NCBI GenBank assembly: GCA_963555825.3
Contig: CAUVXB020000001.1
Span: 1,760,001 to 1,824,000, forward strand
From: Alphaproteobacteria bacterium
GTDB lineage: Bacteria; Pseudomonadota; Alphaproteobacteria; JAAXGF01
Direction of reading: 5' to 3'
DNA: 64,000 nt
Shown here: piece after piece, positions 20,995 through 33,329 of the stretch
How positions within the stretch are numbered: the first letter of the stretch is position 1
Layout: every line of letters begins with the position of its first letter
Notes under the pieces: model-generated
Database searches by the model: none
What the model saw: the letters and a program-made list of their open reading frames with translations, nothing else
Told to the model about the DNA's origin: nothing
Program-made: the position numbers and the translations under genes

Positions 20995-22631
20995 ACTGGA
21001 AACGCACACTCAATCGCTGATCGCTCGATGGCGCGACGCGGCAACCCCTACGACAACGCCAGGATGGAGAGCTTCATGAAGACGCTGAAGGTCGAGGGGG
21101 GCTATCCCATGGCCTTCGAGAGCGAGGAAGACGTCGCGCGCCATCTGATGTTCTGAGGTGGTCCCAGAAAATCGGACAGGGAGCTAAGGTGTATTCCACC
21201 GGATAACGGAGGAATACGAGATGACGAATCGACGCCGGTTTACGGCGGAATTCAAGGCCCGGGTGGCGCTGGAAGCGCTGCGGGGCGACAAGACGATCCA
21301 GCAGATCGCGGCCAAGCACAAGGTGCATCCGAACCAGGTGAGCGCCTGGAAGCGCCAGGCGGTGGACGGTCTGGGCGAAGTGTTTTCGAACGGCGCCAAC
21401 CGCGCTTGCCGGGATCATGAATCCGAGGTCCGCGACCTTCACGCCAAGATCGGCGAGCTGACGGTGGAACGGGATTTTTTAGCCAGAGGGCTCAAGCGAT
21501 GAGCCGGGGGGAGCGCAAGGCGATGATCACACGCGACGCCCCCGAGCTGAGCTTGAGCCGTCAATGCCGCCTGCTTTCGATCGGCCGGTCCTCGTTCTAT
21601 TATGCGCCCAGGGGGGAGAGCCCTTCGAGTCTGGCGCTGATGCGTCGGATCGACGAGTTGTTCATGAAGTACCCGTTCTACGGCAGCCGCCAGATGGTCC
21701 GCCAGTTGCGGCGGGACGGCGTTTGCGTCGGCCGTCACCGGGTTCGCAGGTTGATGCGATTGATAGGCCTGGAGGCGATCTATCAGGCGCCGAGAACCAG
21801 CGTGCCGCATCCCATGCACCGGATTTATCCTTATCTTCTCAAAGGGATGGCTATCGACCAGCCCAATCGGGTCTGGTGCGCCGACATCACCTATATCCCC
21901 GTCCAGCGTGGCTTTCTGTACCTGGTAGCGATCATGGACTGGGCGACGCGCCACGTTTTATCCTGGCGGCTGTCGAACACCATGGACGCTGGATTCTGCG
22001 CCGAGGCCTTGGGCGACGCGCTGGCCCGCTACGGCCAGCCGGAGATATTCAATACGGATCAGGGCAGCCAGTTCACCAGCCTCGACTTCACCGGCGTGCT
22101 CAAGAACGCGAGCATCCGCATCTCCATGGACGGTCGGGGCCGCTGCATGGACAACATCTTCATCGAGCGCCTGTGGCGGTCTCTCAAGTATGAGGCGGTC
22201 TACCTACACGAGCTCACCGACGGCTTCCACGCCGAACGGGTCATCGGCGAGTGGATCGGCTTCTACAACACCGAGCGGCCCCATTCGTCCCTCGACGGTC
22301 AAACGCCGGCCGAGGCCTACGGGGCCGGTCAACCTGTGGATATGATGGACAAGGCTCGCGCCTTGCCCACATCCCCACAGGCTCAACAACAGCAACAGGA
22401 TGTGATAAAAAGGATTTTGGCAGCATGATCAAACAACGGAATACACCTTAACCGCGCTGCCAAACTGTCCAACAAAGTGGGACCACCTCAGTTCTTCATC
22501 GACAGCTACAACGAGAGGCGCCTACACTCGGTCCTCGGCTACCTTAGCCCCAACCGCTTTGAGGAGGAACAGCCCCGCAAGCCGGTTAAATCGGCCGCCT
22601 GAATCTGTCGGCCCCAAGGGGCCAACTCCAG
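20995..22631 (+). pseudogene. Old IS3-family 3' remnant, interrupted by a younger IS3
   Basis: RRGNPYDNARMESFMKTLKVE...|FFIDSYNERRLHSVLGYLSP. Confidence 0.7.
21154..22490 (+). mobile_element. IS3-family element, complete (orfA 21221-21502, orfB 21499-22428)
   Basis: IRs TGAGGTGGTCCCA / TGGGACCACCTCA, 4-bp TSD GTTC; WCADITY, TDQGSQF, DNIFIERLW. Confidence 0.92.
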
Positions 22632-22744
22632 ATAGGGGGTCAATATTGAAAGCCGATTGACAACTTGGGGTCTCGCAAGATGGCTAAACGGCTTTCGCCG
22701 CCGCATTCCTCACTGGGAGTGGGAGCTGAAGAAAGTTACTTAAG

Positions 22745-24387
22745 CCGACATTCCCCATATACCATCCAAATTCGTGGAAATCGTACCACTTTCCCACCGC
22801 CAAGGGAACTGTATCCCCTATGCAGCCATCCGATGGCATGATTTTGGTAATCGGCCCGCGCTTGGAAGGCCACTCGGTCATTTTTCTCGCCATCCAGACA
22901 CACCTCTCCTGTCGCTTTCTCCTCGCCGTCGATTCCCTCGGCCTACGCCGGAGCGGGTCTTCGTCGCAGATCATCAATCAAGCTCAGGATTTTCCGGAAC
23001 AGGTCCCTCGGCACCGCCACCTCAGCCAATTGGAACGTAACGTAGCGGCCATGTCGGACAACCTTGGCCCCGATCTTCACCAGCTTGTCGCGCAACGTCG
23101 TCATCGACCAGTGCTCCACCTCCTTCGGCAAAGCCAGTGTCCTCATGAAGTTGCCCAGATTGTAGGCCAGGGCGTGAAGCTGGAGCCGAACGGCATTGTT
23201 GCGGAACTTGCGACATGACAGACGGGTCCAGTTGATGGCGTTCTTGCCTTCCTTGATGTGCTGCTCCGCCGTGCCACGGTGATTATAGAACGCCACCACC
23301 CGCTTGGTAGGGCGCGACAGATTAGTGACGATGAAACCGACGCGAGGAACCAGCTCGCCGGGGTGCCACTCCACTTTGGCCACGACACGGCGCTTCTTGT
23401 TCCACGATCCGGCCTGATAGCTGAAGCTGGCGTGGAAACGGCGAACATGGTCGGGCGGGCGACCGACAGGTCGCGTAAGCAGATGGGCAATGTTCCGCTG
23501 GAGAATCGCGTTCGCTTTGAGGCGGATGACGTAGAGTAATCCCTCGGCTTCGAGATATTCGTATATCTCCGGTGAGGCGAAGGCGGCATCGCCACGAAAA
23601 TACAGCCGCACCTTCCTTTCCTTATAGCGCATCACCACCGGCTCCAGAACATTCCGCCATCCGTCGGCACTGTGAACATTACCGGGGCGCAGGGAACATC
23701 TCTCCAAGTCGCCGAACTGGTTGAACAGGAATAGCGGATGCTAGCAGGTACAGCCGAAGTGACCATTGTACGCTGTTCCCTCTTGTTCGCCATGGGTCGG
23801 GCTGACGCTGCTGTCCATGTCGAGAATGATCATCTTCGGCGGATGGCGGTCATGAACCTTGTCGATCCACACCCCGTTCATGTCGACCAAGGCTTCAACG
23901 TTCTCGTCGGTGGCCAATAGCTCCGTCTCGAAGCGTCCCATCTGGCTGGTGGAAGCGGCCTGTCTTTCGATGGCCTTGCCGCCAACAATCCAGCGCATGG
24001 CGGGATCGCGTCCCAGACGGTCGGCGTCGTTCACATCGTCATAGCCGCCAAGGCGCCCGAAAACGGACTGGCGAAACTGACCCGTCATGCCGTGCCATCC
24101 GTTCTTGCCGGTACGGCTATCCTGGAAAACACCCTCGGCCATCTCAGTCAGGCCGAGGGCATCGTCAAGCTCCCGGTAGGCGAGCAACCCGGCATCAGAG
24201 GTGATCTTGGAACCGTGGAATTCAAGCTTCAATCGACGGTCAAAAACGACCCGAAGGCACCCCGGTTTCGATTCACCCATCGGGTGTGCCATATCCGCCG
24301 CTCCATGTATGCTACAACTTCATGATTCTTATAGCAGAATCGCCTTCTCGCCGCACTGAATATCGACGATACTTGGGAAATGCGGGG
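22745..24387 (-). mobile_element. IS1380-family element; transposase pseudogene with an in-frame TAG
   Basis: ITSDAGLL, LDMDSS, RGDAAF, RGTAEQHIKEGK; HFGCTC*HPL stop at 23741-23743; IRs CCGACATTCCCCA / TGGGAAATGCGGG. Confidence 0.88.
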
Positions 24388-24390
24388 TAA

Positions 24391-25418
24391 GGCTTATGCC
24401 TGAGCGTCCGGGACCACGAAATGTGGTGATGTGGGGCGAGGTTAGTGATAGAACATAATATGAACATCACCAGATCGGGATGCCCAGAAATGTCCGACTC
24501 CCCCCATTCCCTGTTGGAGTTCCAACAGCGTTTTCCAGACGAGGATGCCTGCGCCGCCTATCTAACCGCCTTGCGCTGGCCGGCAGGCTTCGTCTGTCCG
24601 GCCTGTGGCGGCAGCCGGGGAAGGGCGCTTGCGACCAAGGCCCACACCCATGAATGCGCCGACTGTCGCAAGCAGACCTCGGTGACGGCCGGCACGGTGA
24701 TGCACGGCTCCAAGCTGGCGCTGACCGCGTGGTTCTGGACCGCCTATCTAATGGCCATGCACTCCATCGGGATCTCGGCGCCGCAACTCCAGAAGCAGCT
24801 CGGCCTGGGCTCTTACAAGACCGCATGGTTGCTCGCCACCAAGCTGCGCCGCGCCTTGGTCGCACCGGGGCGCATGCCGCTGGCGGGCCTGGTCGAGGTG
24901 GACGAAAGCCTGATCTCTTGCCGCTCCAAGGACGACCCGCCGAGCGGTGGCGGCAGGCGTACCCGCCAAGGCAAACTATTGGTCGCCGACGCTGTCGAGG
25001 TTGGCGAGGGTGGGGCCGGCCGGATCCGCCTGGCGCAACTCGAAGACTTCTCCGCCGACGGCCTGCACGCATTCCTGGGCGCCAACCTCGCCACCGGCGT
25101 CACCGCCAGGACCGACGGCTGGGTCGGCTACCCCGCTACGTCCGGCCCCACACACGATCCGCACGTCGTCGAAAACATGGCCTTCCATATCGTCCTGCCT
25201 GGCATCATCGCGTCTTCGCCGACTTCAAGATCTGGGCGCTGGGCGTTTACCACGGCCTCCGACGCCAACACCTGCAATCCTACCTCGACGAGTTCGTCTT
25301 CTGCTTCACCCGGCGCCGGTCCCGCCACGCCGCCTTCCGCTCCATCCTCGGCATCGGCGTCGCAATCGAGCCAGCAACCTACAAAATGTTGATCGCACCG
25401 GAGCTAATGGGATAAGCC
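24391..25418 (+). mobile_element. IS1595-family element, frameshifted transposase
   Basis: GGCTTAT...ATAAGCC ends; Zn ribbon CPACG..ECADC, VEVDE, TDGW, HLQSYLDEF in a second frame. Confidence 0.85.
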
Positions 25419-25421
25419 TTA

Positions 25422-26596
25422 TACCAGTGAGCGCCTGAATTGACTCTCGGGATATTCATTGATGGCGGATGATGGCGGATTGTGATTCTATGGTCTCCCA
25501 CCAGATGTGGGGGATGTCATGGGATCAGCACTCAAGATACGGGATGATTTGACGCCTTTGGAGCTTCGGCGCTGGGCTCGCGTGGAATCGTACGGTCGAG
25601 CGGCGGCGCGGGCCTATGGGATCGCGAATGCTTTGGAGGAGATGCCCCGGGCTGATGCCGCGCGGCTTGCGGGGATGGATCGCCAAACGCTTCGCGACGC
25701 GGTTGTTCGTTACAATGCAAAGGGATTGGAGGGGCTTCACGACCGTCCAAAGGGCTACTCGCCGCGGCGGCTGACGGCAGACGAGGAAGCGGCGCTGGCG
25801 GCGGTCATCATCGCCGGGCCGGAGCCTGAGCGCGACGGGGTTTGCGCCTGGACCCGGGCCGATCTGTGCCGCTGGCTGGAGGAGCGCTTCGCCAAGACCT
25901 ACCACCCCTCGAGCATGACCCGGGTTCTACGGCGGATGGGATTTTCCCGCCAGAAGGCGCGCCCGAGCCACCCGCGAAGGGACGCCGAAGCGCAGGAGCG
26001 CTTCAAAAAAGGGGGCTTCGCGACATCCTGAAGGCGACCGCCGCGGCGCATCCCGACAAGCGCCTACAGCTGTGGTTTCAGGATGAAGCGCGCGTCGGCA
26101 ACAAGGGCCGGGTGTGTCACCGGTGGTGGCGCAGGGGCGAGCGTGCCCCCGGGACGCGTCAAATCGGCTACCAGTGGGCCTACATCTTCTCCGCCGTGCG
26201 CCCGGACACCGGCGACGACGTCACCCTGGTGATGCCGAGCGTCAACGCCAAGGTCATGGACCTGTTTCTCGCACACTTCGCCGATACCCTGGACCAGGAT
26301 GCGCACGCCGTCATGATGTGCGACGGCGCCGGTTGGCACGACGAGCGCGCCCTCACCGTCCCCGACAACGTCACCTTGGCGCTGTTGCCGCCTTACAGTC
26401 CCGAACTCAACCCCGTCGAGCGGGTTTGGCTCTACCTACGCGAACGCTTCCTATCGCTCCGCGTCCTCGACGACACCGAGGCCATCATCGACGCCTGTTG
26501 CCAAGCATGGATCGACCTCATCGCAGAACCGGATCGTATGCGAACCCTCTGCGCCTATCCATGGATCATGAAGGCGATTTCATAGGCTCACTGGTA
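25422..26596 (+). mobile_element. IS630-family element (type B), copy 2
   Basis: Near-identical inverted copy of 14202-15376; flanked by TTA/TTA. Confidence 0.9.
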
Positions 26597-26655
26597 TTAG
26601 ACACTCAATCAACGGCCTGTTAACGAGTAAAGATAGAGAGGGAAATCTGAGTGAA

Positions 26656-27162
26656 ATGAAGTTTTTGTCTTACATCGTCATAGCACTGTGCAGTTCAGCA
26701 TTTACAGCATTTATACTATATGGTGGGCATTTTGTTGGTCCATCTAAGTCGTTGACCTCGCCCAGCTTTGATATCACTTATTCTGATTTTGTTTCATTCT
26801 TGTTAACGGTCTTGGCCGTCATCCTCACTGCGCTCGCCCTTGTCATCGGTCTGATAGCATTTCGGACTTTTGGTGAGATCAAGCTGGAGGCTAGGCGCAT
26901 AGCAGAGGAGCACTCAAAGTCCGAAGTAGAGCTATCCCTCGCGACCGTCCCAGATAGGGTTAAGAAGGCCGTCGAGCAGGTAGTCAGTGAGCGCCTTCCC
27001 GATGCGATTGACGAGGCCGTCGAGAACGCAGGAAAGGCTGGACGTCTTGACCATGCTCTGCAGAAAGCAATCATGCAGATTTCTAGTGGTGGCGGAGCCA
27101 CAAATACGGAACTACAGCCAGACTTCGAAACTCAAACAAGAAAGGAGGAAAATGATGCCTAG
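26656..27162 (+). CDS. Hypothetical membrane protein (2 TM segments plus helical C-terminus)
   Basis: 168 aa, two hydrophobic stretches, low GC, overlaps the next gene. Confidence 0.75.
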   Translation: MKFLSYIVIALCSSAFTAFILYGGHFVGPSKSLTSPSFDITYSDFVSFLLTVLAVILTALALVIGLIAFRTFGEIKLEARRIAEEHSKSEVELSLATVPDRVKKAVEQVVSERLPDAIDEAVENAGKAGRLDHALQKAIMQISSGGGATNTELQPDFETQTRKEENDA

Positions 27163-27661
27163 CAGCAATAGTTTCCACCGAATCGATGATGAACACAAAC
27201 AAATCGTCGAGAAGTATATTTCTGTCAGGCCCGTACCACTTGGTGCGATTGCAAGAGATCTTGGACTCAATGTTAAAATCTCTGCACTTGAACGTGGTCA
27301 GTCGGGTCTCATCGAGTACCGTGATGGGGCATACACGATAAAGATTAACAGACACGAGACACGGGAGCGTCAGAGGTTTACACTTGCGCACGAAATCGCT
27401 CACTTTCTTCTTCACCACGACATTATCGCCACAACCGGGCAAATTGCGGACAATGTCCTCTACCGGTCCGGCCAGTCTGAGCAAATAGAATACGAGGCCA
27501 ATCGGCTTGCAGCCGATCTGATCATGCCGAATGATCTCCTATTCTCTGATCTGTCAGAAATGGGAGTTCCCGTCACAGATGAGGTAATTGAGCGTCTCGC
27601 GCAGGAATGGCAGGTATCAAAAGCAGCGATGGAGATCAGGCTGTCATCATATGCAGCCTGA
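27152..27661 (+). CDS. ImmA/IrrE-family (Peptidase M78) metalloprotease without HTH
   Basis: AAGGAGG RBS; RQRFTLAHEIAHF, EYEANRLAADLIMP, VSKAAMEIRL. Confidence 0.9.
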   Translation: MMPSSNSFHRIDDEHKQIVEKYISVRPVPLGAIARDLGLNVKISALERGQSGLIEYRDGAYTIKINRHETRERQRFTLAHEIAHFLLHHDIIATTGQIADNVLYRSGQSEQIEYEANRLAADLIMPNDLLFSDLSEMGVPVTDEVIERLAQEWQVSKAAMEIRLSSYAA

Positions 27662-28165
27662 ATCATAGGTAATCACATGCCACCTAGCAACGGCACATAC
27701 ATCCCTACGTTGGCTGTTCGACCCAGTGAAATGAACGGTATGGAGTTCCTCCCGGGGATATCAAAGGACAGAATGGTCCCAGTGTTCCTGCTTGCGCCGT
27801 GGGCAAACTCCCGCTCACTGGAGAAGACAATTGAACGCATCGAAAGGGCGTTCCCACGACGTAGGTATTTCCTGGATTTTGACCGTGACTATCTCCCGAC
27901 AGACCTCGATAACGCAGCTCAGGCAGAGTGGCTTGAACTACGTGATTCATCCAATGGGTTTGGTGCGTGGCGAGACTTCTGGGTTAAGTACTCGATGGTG
28001 ATGCCCTGCTTGCAGCTCGACGGGCAAAGTCAAGATATATTACGGGACCAAATAGAACACATCCAGGTCCAGGACAGAGAGTTTTGCCTACGTCTTGAAT
28101 TGAAGAGGATGCCGGGAAACCTCCGATCTACCGTCGAAACACTGGTCGATGTTGGGACTTCAGAC

Positions 28166-29819
28166 GGGTGTGGGTCTGGTATGGAAAATCTAAGTCATTG
28201 ATTTAGTGCGTTTTTTGTATCGAGACGAACGGCCGAAATCGGCTATTCGTGACAATGGGCCGCTCCAAGGCAGGATTTTGTCACGACGGCAGGGTCGAGC
28301 AGGGGAAGGTGGGAACGCTCCGCACCGCCAGAAGCGGTACGATGCCGTGTCTCGAAACCCAACATCGGGAGCATTCCCATGGCAGTATCCCCGCCTCCGG
28401 CGCCTTCGTCCATCGATCTTTCCGGCCTGCCTCCTCGGGTCGTCGAGGCGGCCGCCCGGGTGCTCGCACTGTGTCGCGAGGAGCTTCGTTCCGAGCCGCG
28501 CCCCGAGGCGCCCGAGGAGGTCGAGTTGCGGGTGCGTGAGGCCACGAACGAGTTCGCTCGCGATGTCATGGGCGCCGTCATCGAGAACCGGGACGATGGC
28601 GCTTCCCGGATCGAGCGGGACGGGCAGAGCTGGTTCCGGGTCGCGGTGACGCCGAAGACGATCATGACCTCGCTCGGTCCGGTGACCTACCGGCGAGCGC
28701 GTTACCGCAGCGGCGCGAGCGGGGCATCGCCGGTGCCGGTCGACGAGAGCCTGGGCCTCGTCGACGATTACCTGACGCGGCCGGCGGCCGAGCTCGGTCT
28801 GCTGATGATGGGTCACTGCACGGCCCGGGAAGCGGCGGCGTTCTTTGCGAAGACCGGCGCCATGACGCCGTCGGTGAGCACCCTGCAGCGCCTGACCCTG
28901 AGCATGCACGAATGCTGGGAGAGCCTCGGCCCGGAGACGCTGGGCAGCATCCGTGAGGCCGAGGGCATACCGCAGGACGCGACCACCGCCTCGGTCTCCC
29001 TCGACGGCGTCATGGTGCCGCTGAGACCCGGCGAGGACGGTCGCGCCAAGGCCTCCTGGCGCGAGGCTGCCTGCGGCACGGTCTCCTTCCACGACGCCGA
29101 GGGCAAGCGCCTGAAGACCCTCTATCTCGGCCGCATGCCGGAGAGCGGCAAGCTCACGCTGAAGGCGCAGCTTGCAAGCGAAGTCGCACACATCAGGCGA
29201 GCACGCCCCGAGATCGGGATCGTCGCTATCGCCGATGGCGCCGCCGACAACTGGACCTTCCTGGAGACCCTGTCGCCCGAAACCGAGGTGATCGACTTCT
29301 GGCATGCTTGCGAACATCTGCAAACCGCGTCCGACCATGCCGTGGCGCCCGGCTGGTTCGAGAAGTACCGCGAGATCCTCCGTCACGATCCCCGTGGCGT
29401 CGCCAAGGTGATCCGGGCGCTGCGCCACCTTCGCGATGCCGCCGCTGCGCCGGACCGGGCCGAGACCGAGCGGGAACTCGCCTTCTTCCGCAAGCATCGC
29501 CATCGCATGCGCTACCACGCCCTGAAGGAAGAGGGCATCGCCATCGGCTCAGGCGTGGTCGAAGCTGCCAACAAGACCCTGGTGACACAGCGCATGAAGC
29601 GCTCCGGCATGCGCTGGCGGATCGTCGGCGGACAGGCTGTTCTGACCTTCCGCGCCCTGATCAAATCCGGCCGCTTCGAGCGGGCATGGAAGGCCCTGAT
29701 CAGCGCAACCGACACACCGGCCAACGACAACATCAGTCCACGTGCAGCAGCCATGGCAATCGCTGCCTGAACTCAACGAACCAAGCCGCAGACATCACTG
29801 CCATGCGAGACTCGCACCC
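28166..29819 (+). mobile_element. ISKra4-like element, copy 2 (transposase 28379-29770)
   Basis: Near-identical to 9790-11443; 8-bp TSD CTTCAGAC. Confidence 0.88.
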
Positions 29820-30192
29820 CTTCAGACTTCACAGTTGTGATTGAGGGAGGGTGGATCAGTGATCCTCTGACGGTGTTTGCCCAAGTTCATGGACTAATAA
29901 CGGGTGTCCTCGCAATTCTGGATGGTCGTATCCCCATCGCTGTGTCTTGCACGTCGATGTTAAGGGGTTTCTCCGACATAGAAGGCCTCGTGGTGTCTAG
30001 TTTCTCCAACCATGAATTGCTAGATCAGCTGAGACGGAACTCAAACAGGGACACTCTGCTCTATGGGGACTGGGGGAGTACAAAGCCCAGAGACGATGGT
30101 TTTGGACGTAGACCATTCCCCAGGATCGATTACGCCACTGATAGGTCATGGCACTTCGCAAGGAACAAAGAACAGAGCTATAGCTGAATCTT

Positions 30193-31993
30193 GACGGGGC
30201 GGTAAAAAGTCGATTCCTCATGAGAGTCGGCTGGGTTATAATTGTGCATGTTTACTTTACGCGACCGACGGACCGGAGAATTGTTTGATCGCTGGTCCGA
30301 TTTCGGGGACAAACGTCGGCGCCTGATGGAGCAATCCTGGGCCGGGGTTTTTCGGAACCATCTGCTTGTCGAACTTCCGGTTGACGATCTTTGCCGTCAC
30401 CTTGATGAACGCATGGGCCGACCATCGAAGGATCTACACGTTGTCATCGGGGTCTTGCTTTTGCAGCAGCTGCACGATCTGAGCGATGCAGAGACCGTCG
30501 AGGCCCTGGCCTTCAATATGGCGTGGCACTATGCCTTGGACGTGCGCAGCGAAGCGGACAGCTATTTCTGTGAGAAAACCCTGCGCAACTATCGCCGTCT
30601 GTTTATCGAACAAGGTCTCGATGAATTGCTGTTCCGGTGTTTGACGGATCGGCTGGTGCAGGGGTTCTCTGTCGATACCAGCCACCAACGCATGGATTCG
30701 ACGGCCCTTCGTTCGGCAATGCGGGCGCTGACACGACTTGGTATCGTTGTTGAGAGCATCTCGAAGTTTGCCCGTGAGCTTGAGCGATATCATCCCGGTC
30801 TGCACGAGCAGATCAGCAAGGAGGTGATCCGCCGCTATGTCGATCGCGAGGGTAATGGCGCGTTCGCGAATACGGCGCCGAGTGTTTCAAAACGGCGCCT
30901 CGGCGAAGCGGGTCAGTATCTCCTAGCCCTGGTGCTGCAATTCCGTGACACGGCGGCGGCAAAGCTTTCCAGTTTTGCGATCCTGGAGAGGGTTCTGCGC
31001 GATCAGTTCGAGATCGTTGATGATGAGTATGGCGATCGTGACGCAACGCGCGCCGCGATTCGAGATCCAAAGGATGTGCCGTGCGATACCGTCGGCAATC
31101 CGGCCGACCCGGACGCGAGCTACAACGCGCACAAGGGTCAAGGATACATGGCGCAGATCGTCGAAACCTATTGTGAAGATGTCAGTAACGAGGCGGTTGC
31201 CGCGACACCGGACCTCATCACCCACGTGGAGGTCCACAAGATGACGGTGCATGACGGCCATCGCTTAGCCGATGCGCTGGATGATCTGAGCGAGCGCGCG
31301 CTGACGCCGGCGGTGATGCTGGGTGATTCACATTACGGTTCCAGTGACAACATGGCTCTGACGCGCGAACAGAACATCAATCTCGTGGCGCCCGCACGAC
31401 CGCCGAAAGGCGCCGTCTCGGGACGGTTGACGTTGGAGGATTTCACTCTCAACGAAGAAGGCTTGGTCTTGCGCTGTCCCAATAACGTCGAACCGGTTTC
31501 AGCCTCGCTCGCCAAAGCCAAGCTGCAGGCCCGTTTCGACCTCTCCATCTGCCAAAAATGTCCCGATATACTGCGATGTCCCGTGCAGGCGGCCAAGCGT
31601 GACGGCCAATTTTCCCGCTTTCAATATACCCCGGCCAGGGCTGCCAACCAAAAGCGCCGGCTTTATGAACAAAGCGATGCCTTCCGCGACGTCTACAGAT
31701 GGCGGGCCGGCATAGAAGCGACCATGTCGCGATTAAAGTACCAGATGAACCTGGCTCACCTACGCATTCGCGGCATGCCGGCCATGCGCTACGTGGTCAA
31801 TCTGCGTGCCCTCGGCCTCAATATCCGACGCTGCGCGGCAATCGCACCATAAAAAACGAAGCCAAGGAGAAGCCAAGGGTAGGTAATATCAGGTTTTATC
31901 CACCAGCAACGCGGAGACAGGCAAATATTCTTCACCGAACCGCAAAGACCTGTACAAGCACGCCATCGGCCAACAACTTTTTACCGCCCCGTC
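30193..31993 (+). mobile_element. IS1182-like element, copy A
   Basis: 18-bp IRs GACGGGGCGGTAAAAAGT; 7-bp TSD GAATCTT. Confidence 0.88.
30242..31852 (+). CDS. IS1182-like DDE transposase
   Basis: 536 aa; GRPS..., DST, GDSHYG, Cys-rich insertion, YRWRAGIEATMSRLK. Confidence 0.8.
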   Translation: MCMFTLRDRRTGELFDRWSDFGDKRRRLMEQSWAGVFRNHLLVELPVDDLCRHLDERMGRPSKDLHVVIGVLLLQQLHDLSDAETVEALAFNMAWHYALDVRSEADSYFCEKTLRNYRRLFIEQGLDELLFRCLTDRLVQGFSVDTSHQRMDSTALRSAMRALTRLGIVVESISKFARELERYHPGLHEQISKEVIRRYVDREGNGAFANTAPSVSKRRLGEAGQYLLALVLQFRDTAAAKLSSFAILERVLRDQFEIVDDEYGDRDATRAAIRDPKDVPCDTVGNPADPDASYNAHKGQGYMAQIVETYCEDVSNEAVAATPDLITHVEVHKMTVHDGHRLADALDDLSERALTPAVMLGDSHYGSSDNMALTREQNINLVAPARPPKGAVSGRLTLEDFTLNEEGLVLRCPNNVEPVSASLAKAKLQARFDLSICQKCPDILRCPVQAAKRDGQFSRFQYTPARAANQKRRLYEQSDAFRDVYRWRAGIEATMSRLKYQMNLAHLRIRGMPAMRYVVNLRALGLNIRRCAAIAP

Positions 31994-32033
31994 GAATCTT
32001 GGTGATGGAGAATGAAGGCGGCGTATCCTGGCG

Positions 32034-33329
32034 TTGATGAAGACGCCAATTTTCCGAAGAAAGGGATACGCCATGAAAGACGATACAGTTGTTGCGTTGC
32101 GCCAGCCAGAGTCATTTTCCGACGATCCGCTGACGGAGATATTGCGCGCCGGCGCCCGGCAGTTGCTTGGCCAGGCGATTGAAGCGGAAGTTGCCGCCCA
32201 TATTGAAGCCCATGCCGATTTGACCGACGCTTCGGGCCGGCGCCGTATTGTCCGTCACGGGCACATGCCGGAACGCGAGGTTCAGACCGGGATCGGAGCT
32301 GTGACGGTGAAGCGGCCAAGAGTGCGAGACCGAGATCCACAGGCCACGGGCGGGCGCATCCGTTTCACGTCATCGATCCTGCCGCCTTATCTCAGGCGCG
32401 CCAAGTCGGTCGAGGCGCTTCTGCCCTGGCTTTATCTGAAGGGCATCTCCAGCGGCGACTTTTCGGAGGCCCTGGCGGCGCTGCTGGGACCGGACGCGCC
32501 GGGCCTGACGGCCAGCACCATTGGCCGGCTGAAAGCGGTCTGGTGGGACGAATACGAAGCCTGGCAAAAGCGCGACCTTTCGGCTCGGCGCTACGTCTAT
32601 TTTTGGGCCGACGGGGTCTACTTCTCGCCTCGCATGGACCATGACAAACAGTGTGTTCTGGTGATCATCGGCGCCGACGCCATGGGCAACAAGGACATCG
32701 TCGGCATGGTCGACGGTTATCGAGAGAGCGCGCAAAGCTGGAAGGAACTGCTGCTTGATCTCAAGCGCCGGGGCTTGGAGACCGGCCCCGAGTTGGCCGT
32801 CGGCGACGGCGCCTTGGGCTTCTGGAAGGCGCTACGCGAGGTTTACGGAGAGACCAGGGTGCAGCGTTGCTGGGTCCACAAGACCGCCAACGTGCTCAAC
32901 CAGATGCCCAAATCCCTGCAGGCCAAAGCCAAGGGCCATCTGCACGACATCTGGATGGCCGAGACTAGGGCCGACGCCGAAGCCGCCTTCGACTTCTTCA
33001 TCGCAGCCTACGGCGCAAAATACCACAAGGCCGCAGAGCGCCTGGTCAAGGACCGTGAACGCCTGCTGAGCTTCTACGACTTCCCGGCCGAGCACTGGAA
33101 GCACATCCGCACCACCAACCCCATCGAAAGCACCTTCGCCACGGTGCGCCTGAGGACCGTGAAGACCAAGGGGTGCCTGAGCCGCAAGACGGCGCTCGCC
33201 ATGGCCTTCAAACTGATCTTGAGTGCCAGGCGGAAATGGCGGAAGCTGGACGGATCAAATCAACTCGCCGAACTCGTCGAAGGAGTGCCGTTCAAGGACG
33301 GAATCAAGATAACCAAACACGCCGCCTGA
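32034..33329 (+). CDS. IS256-family transposase
   Basis: WADGVY, VGDGALGFW, QRCWVHK, TTNPIES. Confidence 0.92.
   Translation: MMKTPIFRRKGYAMKDDTVVALRQPESFSDDPLTEILRAGARQLLGQAIEAEVAAHIEAHADLTDASGRRRIVRHGHMPEREVQTGIGAVTVKRPRVRDRDPQATGGRIRFTSSILPPYLRRAKSVEALLPWLYLKGISSGDFSEALAALLGPDAPGLTASTIGRLKAVWWDEYEAWQKRDLSARRYVYFWADGVYFSPRMDHDKQCVLVIIGADAMGNKDIVGMVDGYRESAQSWKELLLDLKRRGLETGPELAVGDGALGFWKALREVYGETRVQRCWVHKTANVLNQMPKSLQAKAKGHLHDIWMAETRADAEAAFDFFIAAYGAKYHKAAERLVKDRERLLSFYDFPAEHWKHIRTTNPIESTFATVRLRTVKTKGCLSRKTALAMAFKLILSARRKWRKLDGSNQLAELVEGVPFKDGIKITKHAA

Noticed and set aside
14202-26596. Inversion between the two inverted IS630 copies
   Set aside because: The WYL gene is continuous across copy 1, so the flanks were not swapped
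30191-30242. Hybrid promoter from junction TTGACG plus TATAAT
   Set aside because: Spacing is about 40 bp, far from 17 bp
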